From assembly GCA_934101115.1 (NCBI GenBank), contig CAKOPW010000003.1:10037-74036 (forward strand): 64,000 nucleotides of DNA, read 5' to 3'. Every line of letters begins with the position of its first letter. The first letter of the stretch is position 1. The notes under the pieces were generated by a model that saw only the letters and a program-made list of their open reading frames with translations, searched no databases and was not told where the DNA came from. Both the position numbers and the translations under genes were made by a program. Of this stretch, positions 1 to 8,775 are shown one piece after another. The stretch is from an uncultured Bacilli bacterium (lineage in GTDB: Bacteria > Bacillota_I > Bacilli_A > RF39 > UBA660).

Positions 1-1251
1 ATTCAAGAAGCTGATAAGTTAGGATTATTAATAGTTGTAGACCAAATGTTAACTGGGTTTGATTCCAAATGGCTAAATGCCCTATATTTAGATAAAGTTT
101 TAAAATATGAAAATATTATACAAGCTTTTTCAAGAACTAATAGAGTTCTTAATAACCAAACAAAACCTTTTGGAATTATAAAATATTATCGAAAACCATA
201 TACAATGGAATTTAATATTGAAAAAGCTATAAAATTATATTCTGGGGATAAACCTTTTCAATTATTTGTACCTAAATTGGATGAAAATATAAAAAAGATG
301 AACATTATATTTGAAGATATTGAAAATTTATTTAAATCTGAAGGAATAGAAGATTTCTCATCTTTGCCAGATAATAAAGATGTTAAGAAAAAATTTGTAA
401 AGTTATATAATGAATTTAGTAATTATTTAAATGCAGCAAGGATACAAGGATATGTTCCAAAGAAAAATGCTGATGATTATTATGATAGTATTTCATATGA
501 ACCATTATTTGTTGCAGAAGAAACAGTAGAATATGGAAATAAAACTGAAGAACATAATAAAATAGGTCAAAATAATCAAGTAATTAAAGAATCAATTTTA
601 GAAAGTCCAATTACTCAAGAAGCGATTGACGCAATAAAAGCTAGATATATTGATATCGGTAAAAATCATACTTCAAACGAAGATGAAATTCCATATGATA
701 TTGAAGGTAGTTTAATTGAAATTGATGATGGGAAAATAGATTATAACTATATGAATAATAGATTCAGGAAATTTTTAAAGGTTCTTAATAAAGAACATTA
801 TGATACAATTGAATTACAGGAAGCATTAAATAATTTACATAAATCATTTTCTTCTTTATCTCAAGATAAACAAAAATATGCAAACATTTTAATACATGAT
901 ATTGAAAGTGGAGATTTAATAGTAGACGAAAATAAAAGTTTTATGGATTATATAACCGATTATGAAGAAGCAAACGAAAATGATCAAATAAAAAAGATTT
1001 CAGAAGCTTTTGGTTTAGATGAAGAAAAGTTAAGAAAAATTATGTCATCCGTTGTGACTGAATATAATATTAACGAATACAATAGATTTGAAGAATTATT
1101 AAAAACAATAGATAACGACAAGTCAAAAGAAACACTTGAGAAATTATATAAACGAGAGCTAAAGCGTTGGGAAATAAATATAGAAGTTGATAAGATATTG
1201 AGAAAATTTATAATTCAAGGTGATTTTGATTTAGATAATTTAGATATATAA
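1..1251 (+). CDS. hsdR: Type I restriction enzyme R subunit (HsdR), C-terminal part; the 5' end lies outside the window
   Basis: Frame 1 is open from base 1 (IQEADKLGLLIVVDQMLTGFDSKWLN...QAFSRTNR). These are SF2 helicase motifs V-VI typical of HsdR, followed by a helical C-terminal domain. The gene sits next to hsdS/hsdM. Confidence 0.85.
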   Translation: MQEADKLGLLIVVDQMLTGFDSKWLNALYLDKVLKYENIIQAFSRTNRVLNNQTKPFGIIKYYRKPYTMEFNIEKAIKLYSGDKPFQLFVPKLDENIKKMNIIFEDIENLFKSEGIEDFSSLPDNKDVKKKFVKLYNEFSNYLNAARIQGYVPKKNADDYYDSISYEPLFVAEETVEYGNKTEEHNKIGQNNQVIKESILESPITQEAIDAIKARYIDIGKNHTSNEDEIPYDIEGSLIEIDDGKIDYNYMNNRFRKFLKVLNKEHYDTIELQEALNNLHKSFSSLSQDKQKYANILIHDIESGDLIVDENKSFMDYITDYEEANENDQIKKISEAFGLDEEKLRKIMSSVVTEYNINEYNRFEELLKTIDNDKSKETLEKLYKRELKRWEINIEVDKILRKFIIQGDFDLDNLDI

Positions 1252-1285
1252 AGGATAAGTTCAAAATGAATTTATCCTTTTTTTT
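1251..1285 (+). terminator. Rho-independent terminator after hsdR
   Basis: aaggataa (1251-1258) pairs with ttatcctt (1272-1279), and a T-run follows directly after the hsdR stop. Confidence 0.6.
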
Positions 1286-1788
1286 GGGAACAACGTAAGT
1301 TAAAAGAAATATCAAATGTTTATGATGGAACACATCAAACTCCAAATTATACAAATAATGGAGTAATGTTTTTATCAGTTGAAAATATTAAAAATTTAAC
1401 GTCTGAAAAATATATTTCTAATGAAGATTTTAAAAAAAATTTTAAAATTTACCCTCAAAAAAATGATATTTTAATGACAAGAATTGGTGATATAGGAACC
1501 ACAAATATTGTTAAGGACAATTCTCCAAAGGCTTATTATGTAAGCCTTGCATTGATAAGACCAATCAATATAGATCCGGAATTTTTGAATATTTCTATCT
1601 CTTCTGATTTTGTACAGTGGGGGTTGAGAAATAGATCTTTATTAACTGCAATACCAATGAAGATAAATAAAGACCAAATAGGCGAGGTAGATATTAAATT
1701 TCCAATCAATAGTAAAGAACAGCAAAATATAGGAAGCATTTTTAAAAACATAGATAATCTTATCACTCTTCATCAACGTAAGTATTAA
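1284..1788 (+). pseudogene. Silent hsdS target-recognition-domain cassette 1 (no start codon)
   Basis: In-frame WEQRKLKEISNVYDGTHQTPNY...GSIFKNIDNLITLHQRKY*. It is bounded by the 19-nt WEQRKL repeat (1284-1302) and the 31-nt DNLITLHQRK repeat (1751-1781). The frame is closed by TGA at 1267-1269 and there is no start before the repeat. Confidence 0.8.
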
Positions 1789-1802
1789 TAGATTTTTAAT
1801 TA

Positions 1803-2364
1803 TTGGGAACAACGTAAGTTAGGAGAGATTGGAAATACTTTTACTGGTTTATCTGGAAAAACAAAAGAGGATTTTGGACACGGTGAAGCAAAATTTGTTA
1901 CATATATGAATGTTTTTAGTAATCCAATTGCTCAATTTAATAAAACTGAACCAATTGAAATAGATAATAAACAAAATCAAGTAGAATATGGAGATGTATT
2001 TTTTACTACATCTTCCGAAACACCTGATGAAGTAGGTATGTCCTCTGTATGGCTTGAAAATAAAGGAAATATTTATTTAAATAGTTTTTGTTTTGGATTT
2101 AGACCATTCGTTAAAAATGATCCATATTATATGGCATATATGCTTAGGTCCAAGAATTTCAGGGAAAATATGACTTTATTGGCACAAGGTATTTCAAGAT
2201 ATAATATTTCAAAAAATGGAGTAATGAATATTGACATTCAATTACCAATTAATCAAGAACAAGAAAAAATAGGGGAACTTTTTTATGAAATAGATAACCT
2301 TATCACTCTTCATCAACATAATAGAATAAAGAGGAGAAATAGAAAAAATGAACACTTACGATGA
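1803..2364 (+). pseudogene. Silent hsdS target-recognition-domain cassette 2 (no start codon)
   Basis: In-frame WEQRKLGEIGNTFTGLSGKTKEDFGHGEAKFV...GELFYEIDNLITLHQHNRIK...*. It is bounded by repeat copies 1803-1821 and 2291-2317. The frame is closed by TAG at 1789-1791. Confidence 0.8.
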
Positions 2365-3283
2365 ATATAAAAATAATGATAAATTTTGTGACTACTATGA
2401 AAAATGGATAAATGTATATAAAGAAGGTGCAATTAGAAATTCAACAATGTTGAAATATAAATTAACGTTAAAATGGTTAAGACAAATTGTTCCTAATTTA
2501 AAAATAAGTGAGATAAATAGAATAACATATCAAGAAATATTAAACAAATATGCTGAAAAACATGAAAGGCAGAGTACAATGGATTTTCACCACCATTTGA
2601 AAGCTGCAATATTGGATGCTGTAGATGAAGGAATTATTAATAGAGATCCAACAAGAAAAGCAATTATTAAGGGTAAAACGCCTAGAACTAAAAAAGATAA
2701 ATATCTAAATCAATTTGAATTACAAAAATTAATAGGAGATTTGGATTTAAAAGAAATAATAAATTATGATTGGATGATTTATCTAATTGCAAAAACTGGT
2801 TTAAGATTTTCTGAAGCTTTAGCTTTAACACCAAAAGATTTTGACTTTCAACATCAATCGCTAAATGTTGACAAAACATGGAATTATAAGGAAAATGGTG
2901 GATTTGAACCAACAAAAAATAAATCTTCTGTACGTAAGGTGCAATTGGATTGGCAAACAGTAATCAAGTTTTCAGAATTGATAAAGAATTTAAATCAAGA
3001 TGAACCTGTTTTTGTAAATAAAAAAATTTATAATTCAACGATAAATGATATTTTAAAAAGACATTGTATAAATGTATCTATTCCTATAATATCAATTCAT
3101 GGATTAAGGCATACTCATGCATCAATTTTGCTTTATGCAGGAGTTTCAATAGCTAGTGTTGCACATAGATTAGGACATGCAAGTATGTCGACAACGCAAA
3201 AAACTTACTTGCATATAATTCAAGAATTAGAAAATACCGATATAGATAAAATAATGAGAGCGTTAACAACTTTAAGTAATTAG
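2348..3283 (+). CDS. Tyrosine site-specific recombinase (phage-integrase family), likely the hsdS invertase
   Basis: 311 aa. C-terminal HGLRHTHASILL...VAHRLGHASMSTTQKTYLH carries the R/HxxR/Y catalytic signature. RBS aagaggag lies upstream. The gene sits between inverted hsdS repeats. Confidence 0.85.
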   Translation: MNTYDEYKNNDKFCDYYEKWINVYKEGAIRNSTMLKYKLTLKWLRQIVPNLKISEINRITYQEILNKYAEKHERQSTMDFHHHLKAAILDAVDEGIINRDPTRKAIIKGKTPRTKKDKYLNQFELQKLIGDLDLKEIINYDWMIYLIAKTGLRFSEALALTPKDFDFQHQSLNVDKTWNYKENGGFEPTKNKSSVRKVQLDWQTVIKFSELIKNLNQDEPVFVNKKIYNSTINDILKRHCINVSIPIISIHGLRHTHASILLYAGVSIASVAHRLGHASMSTTQKTYLHIIQELENTDIDKIMRALTTLSN

Positions 3284-3869
3284 AAAATAGATAGAGTTTA
3301 CGTTGATGAAGAGTGATAAGGTTATCTAGATTGGTAAATAAGTCACCTATTTTTATTTGTTCTGTCTTGTTAGGTACTAAATAATCAGTGTTTTTTATCC
3401 CATTCCAATTTACAAAAATTTGTGTATTTCCTTGACTTTGCTTTATAATTTTATTTCTTATTTGAGGTGCATTTAATAGTTGATATATAAATATTGGTTC
3501 AAAATACTCTTTATAGATTTCAATTCTTTCTGTTCGTTGATTATATACATAAGTACCTGATTTATCAATATATAAGACCCTTCCAATAATTCTACCATTT
3601 GCTGTTTTATCATTTAAAATCATTGTTAAATCAGACTTGTTCAATATTTTTTCTTTTGTTTTATCAGATAACATTGCCCTAATTCCTTGATCATTATATT
3701 TACTGTTTTCAGAATAACTACCTATACTAATTACTTTATATATACCATTTTCAGAAAACTCTGATTCTATTGATGTTCCACCTGTAGCTTTACCAAAATC
3801 TTCTAACTTACGTTGTTCCCAAGCATCAGTAAAGCCTTTAAATCTTATTTTTGGTATATTTTCATTCAT
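3153..3869 (-). CDS. hsdS: Type I R-M specificity subunit HsdS, expressed copy with a single TRD
   Basis: MNENIPKIRFKGFTDAWEQRKLEDFG...(one TRD)...FTNLDNLITLHQRKL. ATG 3869 lies 2 nt after the hsdM stop, behind GGTGA. The last ~47 codons (3153-3297) run antisense through the recombinase 3' end and are not HsdS-like. Confidence 0.8.
   Translation of the reverse strand: MNENIPKIRFKGFTDAWEQRKLEDFGKATGGTSIESEFSENGIYKVISIGSYSENSKYNDQGIRAMLSDKTKEKILNKSDLTMILNDKTANGRIIGRVLYIDKSGTYVYNQRTERIEIYKEYFEPIFIYQLLNAPQIRNKIIKQSQGNTQIFVNWNGIKNTDYLVPNKTEQIKIGDLFTNLDNLITLHQRKLYLFSNYLKLLTLSLFYLYRYFLILELYASKFFALSTYLHVLIYVQH
3298..3328 (-). repeat. Inverted copy of the DNLITLHQ(RK) recombination repeat
   Basis: Its reverse complement, tagataaccttatcactcttcatcaacgtaa, matches 1751-1781 (30/31) and 2291-2317 (27/27). 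Confidence 0.9.
3804..3822 (-). repeat. Inverted copy of the WEQRKL recombination repeat
   Basis: Its reverse complement, ttgggaacaacgtaagtta, is identical to 1284-1302 and 1803-1821. Confidence 0.9.
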
Positions 3870-3870
3870 T

Positions 3871-6438
3871 CTAATCACCATTTAATAAAGATTTTAAATC
3901 TTCTAGTCCTTTCATATCAAACTCTGAACCAGTAAGTTCACCAATCATAGAAGATAGTTCTCTTTCAGTTTTACTTATATCATTATTTATATTATTTAAT
4001 GTACTGTTATATTTATTTGATAACTTTTCAATATTTTTAGCAAAATCACTAATTATTTCATCAATTTGTTTATTTAATCCATTTATTATAGGTAAAATCC
4101 ATTTTCTTTCCAATAAAACCATAATATCTTCGTAGTTTAAATTTTCTATTTCTTTTTCAACTTCAGTTATTATTTCATTGTTACCATCTTTTATTGATTT
4201 ATTAAGTCTTTTTTGTTCATCGAACAAATGATTAACTTCAATAACTTTCTTTTCAACAGAATCCTCAATAATTGAACTTTTTAGGTACTCTTTTGCTTTC
4301 TTTGCAACTTCCTTTGGAACAAATGCATCATTTTCTTCAGTCAAAATATCTTCAATTTCAGATTTTTCATCATCTGATAAATTATCAAAAATCTCGCTTA
4401 TTTCAGAATCTATTTCTGATAATCTATTTTCTTTGTTCGAAATACTATCTTTTAAATTTGATAATTTATAATCTATAACTAAATCTAATGGGAAAATATG
4501 CCCTTTTATACCATTTTGAACTTCTGTTTCTTTATCTCCTTTTTTCTTTATTTCAAAGATAGGATCAACTTTTTTACAAGCCTCTATTCCTTCAGTAGAG
4601 ATCAGCTCTAAATCTCCAGAAATTTCATTCCATACATCATCTAATATTTGATATGAATTATATTTATTCATTAATGGTACATTTTCTATTCTATTAAATA
4701 AAGCTTTGCTTATATTTCCCTCTTCAGAAGGAATATCAATTTCATTTATATTATTTAATAATTCAGCTTTTAAATAATCATCAAAATTATCAAATTGCTC
4801 TTTAAACATTTCTTTGTATTTCATAACATCTGAATGATTCATAACAAAATTATGAATATCATCTGTAGCAATTTCATAATATGAATCATTTATATTTTTA
4901 AATAGTTCATTTTTTAAATTAGGAAATACTTTAAAGAAATCATCAAATTTATTTATTTCTGTAGATGGTATTCCACCATTCATTAATGAATATATATCAT
5001 ATGTTTCGGTTTCATCACTTGAATCTACATAACGAGGAATATTTAAATTATAATCATTGTTTCTAATCTCTTCTCGTGTTACTACTTTAGAAAATTTATC
5101 AATTGTTTTTCTTTCAATTACTGTATCAACAATTTTTTTAATATCTGATGATCTAAGCTTGTTATTTTTACCTTCTTTAATAAAGCCTTTTGATGCATCT
5201 ATTATTAAAGTATCAGTATTTTGTCTATCTTTTCTAAGAATCATTATAATAGTAGGAATACCAGTTCCAAAGAAAATGTTTGATGGTAAACCGATTATGG
5301 TATCAATGTTGTTATGTTCAATTAGATTTTTTCTAATTTCGCCTTCTTCTCCACCTCTAAATAATACTCCATGAGGTAAAACAATTGTCATAATTCCGTC
5401 ACTCTTCAAGTGATATAAATCATGTAATAAGAATGCAAAATCCGCTTTAGATTTTGGCGCTATACCATATTCTTTATATCTTGCATCTGTTTCTCTATCA
5501 GTCGAATCCCAATTTTGTGAATATGGCGGATTTGAAACAACTGCATCTACAAATAATGGTTGATATGATGAGTGTTCATCAAAATATGGCCAATCATCCT
5601 CAAGTGTATCACCATTTCTTGTAAATATATTAGATGGAATAATACCTCTCATTATTAAATTCATTCTTGTTAAGTTATATGTATTTTGTTTCAATTCTTG
5701 TGCAAAATATTTAATCTTATTATCTTCTTTAATATATTTTGAAGCGGTTTTACCAATATTAATTAACAATGAACCAGAGCCACTTGTTGGATCATATATT
5801 TCAATTGTATTTCTATCCTTTAAATAATCTGCAATTATTTCTGACATTAATAAAGAAACTTCATGCGGTGTATAGAATTCACCAGCCTTTTTACCTGCAT
5901 TTGCAGCAAAGTTAGAAATTAAATATTCATATATAAATCCTAAAACATCATAATCCTGTTTATTATCCATAGGAATATCATTAATTAAATAAATTAAATC
6001 TTTAACTGCTTTTGTTTGACTTGTTGATGTATCACCTAACTTACTTAACCCAGTTTCTAATGTATTAAAGATACCTTCAAATACTTTTTTATGATTAGGA
6101 CTTATCAATCTATTAAATGCAGATAAAGCATCACGTACATTTGAAATATCAAAATCATTTCTCATATCTATCCATGTTGAGAATAAATTTTCATATGAAA
6201 TAAAATAACCATTTGTATTTTTTAATTTATTTACTATTTCTGCATTTTCTTCCCTAACTTCGTTTTTAATGTCTTCCTTTTGCATTCCTATTTGTTCTAA
6301 CGAAACTACTTCTTTATTTGATAAAAATTTATAAAATATAAATCCTAAAATATAATCTTTATATTCATTTGCTTCTATTTTTGAACGCATCTTATTTGCT
6401 GATTCCCAAATCTTTGATGCTAATTGCTGTTTATTCAT
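3871..6438 (-). CDS. hsdM: Type I R-M N6-adenine DNA methyltransferase HsdM with a long C-terminal extension
   Basis: 855 aa. AdoMet motif YDPTSGSGSLL and catalytic VVSNPPYS are present. LNIPRYVD at about aa 468 usually lies near the HsdM C-terminus, but about 385 more acidic, helical residues follow. Confidence 0.9.
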   Translation of the reverse strand: MNKQQLASKIWESANKMRSKIEANEYKDYILGFIFYKFLSNKEVVSLEQIGMQKEDIKNEVREENAEIVNKLKNTNGYFISYENLFSTWIDMRNDFDISNVRDALSAFNRLISPNHKKVFEGIFNTLETGLSKLGDTSTSQTKAVKDLIYLINDIPMDNKQDYDVLGFIYEYLISNFAANAGKKAGEFYTPHEVSLLMSEIIADYLKDRNTIEIYDPTSGSGSLLINIGKTASKYIKEDNKIKYFAQELKQNTYNLTRMNLIMRGIIPSNIFTRNGDTLEDDWPYFDEHSSYQPLFVDAVVSNPPYSQNWDSTDRETDARYKEYGIAPKSKADFAFLLHDLYHLKSDGIMTIVLPHGVLFRGGEEGEIRKNLIEHNNIDTIIGLPSNIFFGTGIPTIIMILRKDRQNTDTLIIDASKGFIKEGKNNKLRSSDIKKIVDTVIERKTIDKFSKVVTREEIRNNDYNLNIPRYVDSSDETETYDIYSLMNGGIPSTEINKFDDFFKVFPNLKNELFKNINDSYYEIATDDIHNFVMNHSDVMKYKEMFKEQFDNFDDYLKAELLNNINEIDIPSEEGNISKALFNRIENVPLMNKYNSYQILDDVWNEISGDLELISTEGIEACKKVDPIFEIKKKGDKETEVQNGIKGHIFPLDLVIDYKLSNLKDSISNKENRLSEIDSEISEIFDNLSDDEKSEIEDILTEENDAFVPKEVAKKAKEYLKSSIIEDSVEKKVIEVNHLFDEQKRLNKSIKDGNNEIITEVEKEIENLNYEDIMVLLERKWILPIINGLNKQIDEIISDFAKNIEKLSNKYNSTLNNINNDISKTERELSSMIGELTGSEFDMKGLEDLKSLLNGD

Positions 6439-6653
6439 TATTTTGCCTCCTTAATAAATTCAACTACGTCTCCTACATTGCAATTGAGTACATTACATAT
6501 TCTTGCAAGATTTTCTATTTGAACAGACTCATTTCTACCTAACTTAGCCATAATATTAGTAGAAATTCCTGCTAGTTCTCCTAATTGTGTTTTATTAATA
6601 TTTTTATCTATTAATAATTTCCATAACTTATTGTAACTAATAGACATACACAT
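6438..6653 (-). CDS. XRE-family HTH protein, candidate controller (C-protein-like) of the R-M operon
   Basis: 71 aa; ...NKTQLGELAGISTNIMAKLGRNESVQIENLARICNVLNCNVGDVVEF is a classic XRE HTH. Its stop overlaps the hsdM start (ATGA at 6438). Confidence 0.75.
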   Translation of the reverse strand: MCMSISYNKLWKLLIDKNINKTQLGELAGISTNIMAKLGRNESVQIENLARICNVLNCNVGDVVEFIKEAK

Positions 6654-6677
6654 TCCTCCATATATCTTCTTTCCTAC

Positions 6678-6725
6678 TATACTAGTATAACATTTTTATT
6701 TAGTTTTTGAAATAAATTCTTGCAA
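6678..6725 (-). promoter_or_regulatory. Putative promoter plus palindromic operator of the XRE-hsdM-hsdS operon
   Basis: On the minus strand: TTGCAA (6720-6725), a 17-bp spacer, then TAAATA (6697-6702). The perfect 12-bp palindrome TATACTAGTATA (6678-6689) lies 25 bp before the XRE start. Confidence 0.45.
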
Positions 6726-6804
6726 ATTTAGAGATTTTTTTGAATTTTAGTAATACTTTCTTTAATTGTGTAAATAATATATAATATAGATTAAGAGAAA
6801 ATAA

Positions 6805-7140
6805 ATGAGGTATATAATGTATAAAAATAAAGAAGTAAATGTAGCAGAAGAATTAACAGAAATATTAAATAATATGAACTTTAATTTACCAGATAAGCGA
6901 ATGGAACAAATTGATTTAAAACTTAATACTCTACTAAATAATATGGAATATAGAGACTATATAAATTTTATTAAAAGTGATGAAAAATTAAAACTATATG
7001 ATTACTTATTAGGAAAATATTCTAACAATGATACATTATCTAAAATGTTAGTTAAAGGTTTTGATAATGATTTGTATGAATACTTAAATAAAATAATAGA
7101 TATCAAGCTTAAAGAACTTAACTTAAAACAAAAAAAATAA
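6805..7140 (+). CDS. Hypothetical protein
   Basis: 111-aa ORF, the only plus-strand gene in this stretch. It ends at a shared hairpin terminator. No recognisable motif. Confidence 0.45.
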   Translation: MRYIMYKNKEVNVAEELTEILNNMNFNLPDKRMEQIDLKLNTLLNNMEYRDYINFIKSDEKLKLYDYLLGKYSNNDTLSKMLVKGFDNDLYEYLNKIIDIKLKELNLKQKK

Positions 7141-7170
7141 AGTCCCTCTGAACTAACAGAGAGACTTTTT
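7141..7170. terminator. Bidirectional hairpin terminator between convergent genes
   Basis: agtccctctg (7141-7150) pairs with cagagagact (7157-7166) with one mismatch, and a T-run follows. Confidence 0.5.
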
Positions 7171-8773
7171 AATTGTTTTTAAAATATACAAATTGAGAAG
7201 TATTTTGCCACTTATATTTACTCCATAAATCAGTTGCACTACTACCTGGATCAGCCATTGTAACTCTATTACCTGTTGTATCTATTACTGCAACCCAATG
7301 TTGTCCTGTATTGCCCATTACTTCTACTGCAAGATAATAATTATGTGATTGATACTTATTAATTAATTGATACTTTTCATTTTTAGATTTTCCTTCCAAA
7401 TCTACTCTTCCCACAAAAGAAAATCTTGGAATAAACTTAGCAATTGCACCATATTGTAAATTACCATTTTCGTCAAAACCACCATTTTCATTCATCTTCT
7501 GAACAAATGTCTGTGGAGTAAAAGGTACTATTGTCTTTCCTGCTCCAGACCTTTCAATTAATATAGAAATAGATGTTGCTAAACAACCTATCTGTCTTAA
7601 AGTTTTACCAGATGTGCCAATAGGTGTACTTGCCCAAGTTTCATCAGTTTGTTTCCAATTAATAAAATCACCAAAGTTTGTTCCATATAATAACTGAGCC
7701 CATAAATCTGAATACTTATCACTTAATAGTTCTCTAGTATTTTTCTTTTGCTCATCTGTAAAATTATATTGATTCATTATCTCATCTAAACTTTTTGATT
7801 GAATAATAACATGAATAATTGTCTTACCATCATCAGTTTTCGTTTGTGTATTAGATGAACTACCTTGAATAAAAGAACCATCTGTTGCTATTAAATATCC
7901 ATTACTTGATGCTTTAGATATACTCACTTTATTAAAATCATTAAAAACATTTCGTATATTTTTAATATTTTTTTCGTTTATATACATAATTATATCAGCA
8001 TTTTCTTTATCATTTGCATACTTAACAGAATATACTGCAATTACTTCTTTCCAATTAGTAACTGTATTATCCACAACTATTTCACTATTAGGAGTCATTA
8101 ATTGTTCCTTTTCTGCCTTCTCATAAATCTCATTATTAATCTGGGATATTACACTACTCATTGTTCTACTATTAGATTCATTAGAAAAGAAAATACCAAA
8201 CATAGATGAACATAATAATCCTATCAAACAAATTAATATTACTACTATAATTGCTATTACTCCACCTGTACCAAGCAAAGCAACTAAAGATTTAACACCA
8301 GCAATTAACGATTTAGTAAAACTAATCATTGCTTTTATTATTTTCTTTGTTACACGAGCCGTTACCTTTGCTGTTTTTTGTGCTGTTTGTTTAGTTTTTA
8401 TAGCAAATTTTCTTGCTCTTTCAATATTTTTAGGAGTATCTTTAACCTCCTTAATTGTCTTATCTTTAATTTTCTTTTCTACACCAGTTTTAATTTTATT
8501 TACTTTTTTATTTTTATAATTCTTTATCATTCTATCTTTTGTTTTAGTAAGTACTTTTTTAGAACTATTAATCGTTGCATTTTTAGATTTATTAGTCATC
8601 ATCTCAATCTTGTTATCAGCATATTCTACATTAGATGTTTTTTCTTCATTAAGCATATTACTTCTATCTCTTATATCACTTATAGAATCTTTTACTTTAG
8701 AAGTCCATACAACTGATTTATCAATAGTTTTAATACCTGTTTTATATTTTTCTTTTACTTTAATATCTTTCAC
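7169..8773 (-). CDS. Membrane-anchored putative cell-wall hydrolase of the T4SS (papain-like Cys/His peptidase domain)
   Basis: 534 aa. Lys-rich N-terminus and one TM (GGVIAIIVVILICLIGLLC). The C-terminal domain has ...RQIGCLATSISIL... and ...GQHWVAVID... (Cys...His arrangement). It lies immediately downstream of VirB4. Confidence 0.5.
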   Translation of the reverse strand: MKDIKVKEKYKTGIKTIDKSVVWTSKVKDSISDIRDRSNMLNEEKTSNVEYADNKIEMMTNKSKNATINSSKKVLTKTKDRMIKNYKNKKVNKIKTGVEKKIKDKTIKEVKDTPKNIERARKFAIKTKQTAQKTAKVTARVTKKIIKAMISFTKSLIAGVKSLVALLGTGGVIAIIVVILICLIGLLCSSMFGIFFSNESNSRTMSSVISQINNEIYEKAEKEQLMTPNSEIVVDNTVTNWKEVIAVYSVKYANDKENADIIMYINEKNIKNIRNVFNDFNKVSISKASSNGYLIATDGSFIQGSSSNTQTKTDDGKTIIHVIIQSKSLDEIMNQYNFTDEQKKNTRELLSDKYSDLWAQLLYGTNFGDFINWKQTDETWASTPIGTSGKTLRQIGCLATSISILIERSGAGKTIVPFTPQTFVQKMNENGGFDENGNLQYGAIAKFIPRFSFVGRVDLEGKSKNEKYQLINKYQSHNYYLAVEVMGNTGQHWVAVIDTTGNRVTMADPGSSATDLWSKYKWQNTSQFVYFKNN

Positions 8774-8775
8774 AA

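Noticed and set aside
1366-2364. The track ORFs 1366..1788 and 1906..2364 as independent protein-coding genes starting at their internal ATGs.
   Set aside because: Both frames extend upstream to the conserved WEQRKL repeat with no RBS or start. They are TRD cassettes of hsdS and are best read as silent recombination substrates.
2348-3283. The tyrosine recombinase as the integrase of ICE-1.
   Set aside because: It lies inside the inverted hsdS repeats, 4 kb from the first conjugation gene and on the opposite strand. The shufflon invertase role explains it better. The ICE-1 recombinase is probably outside the window.
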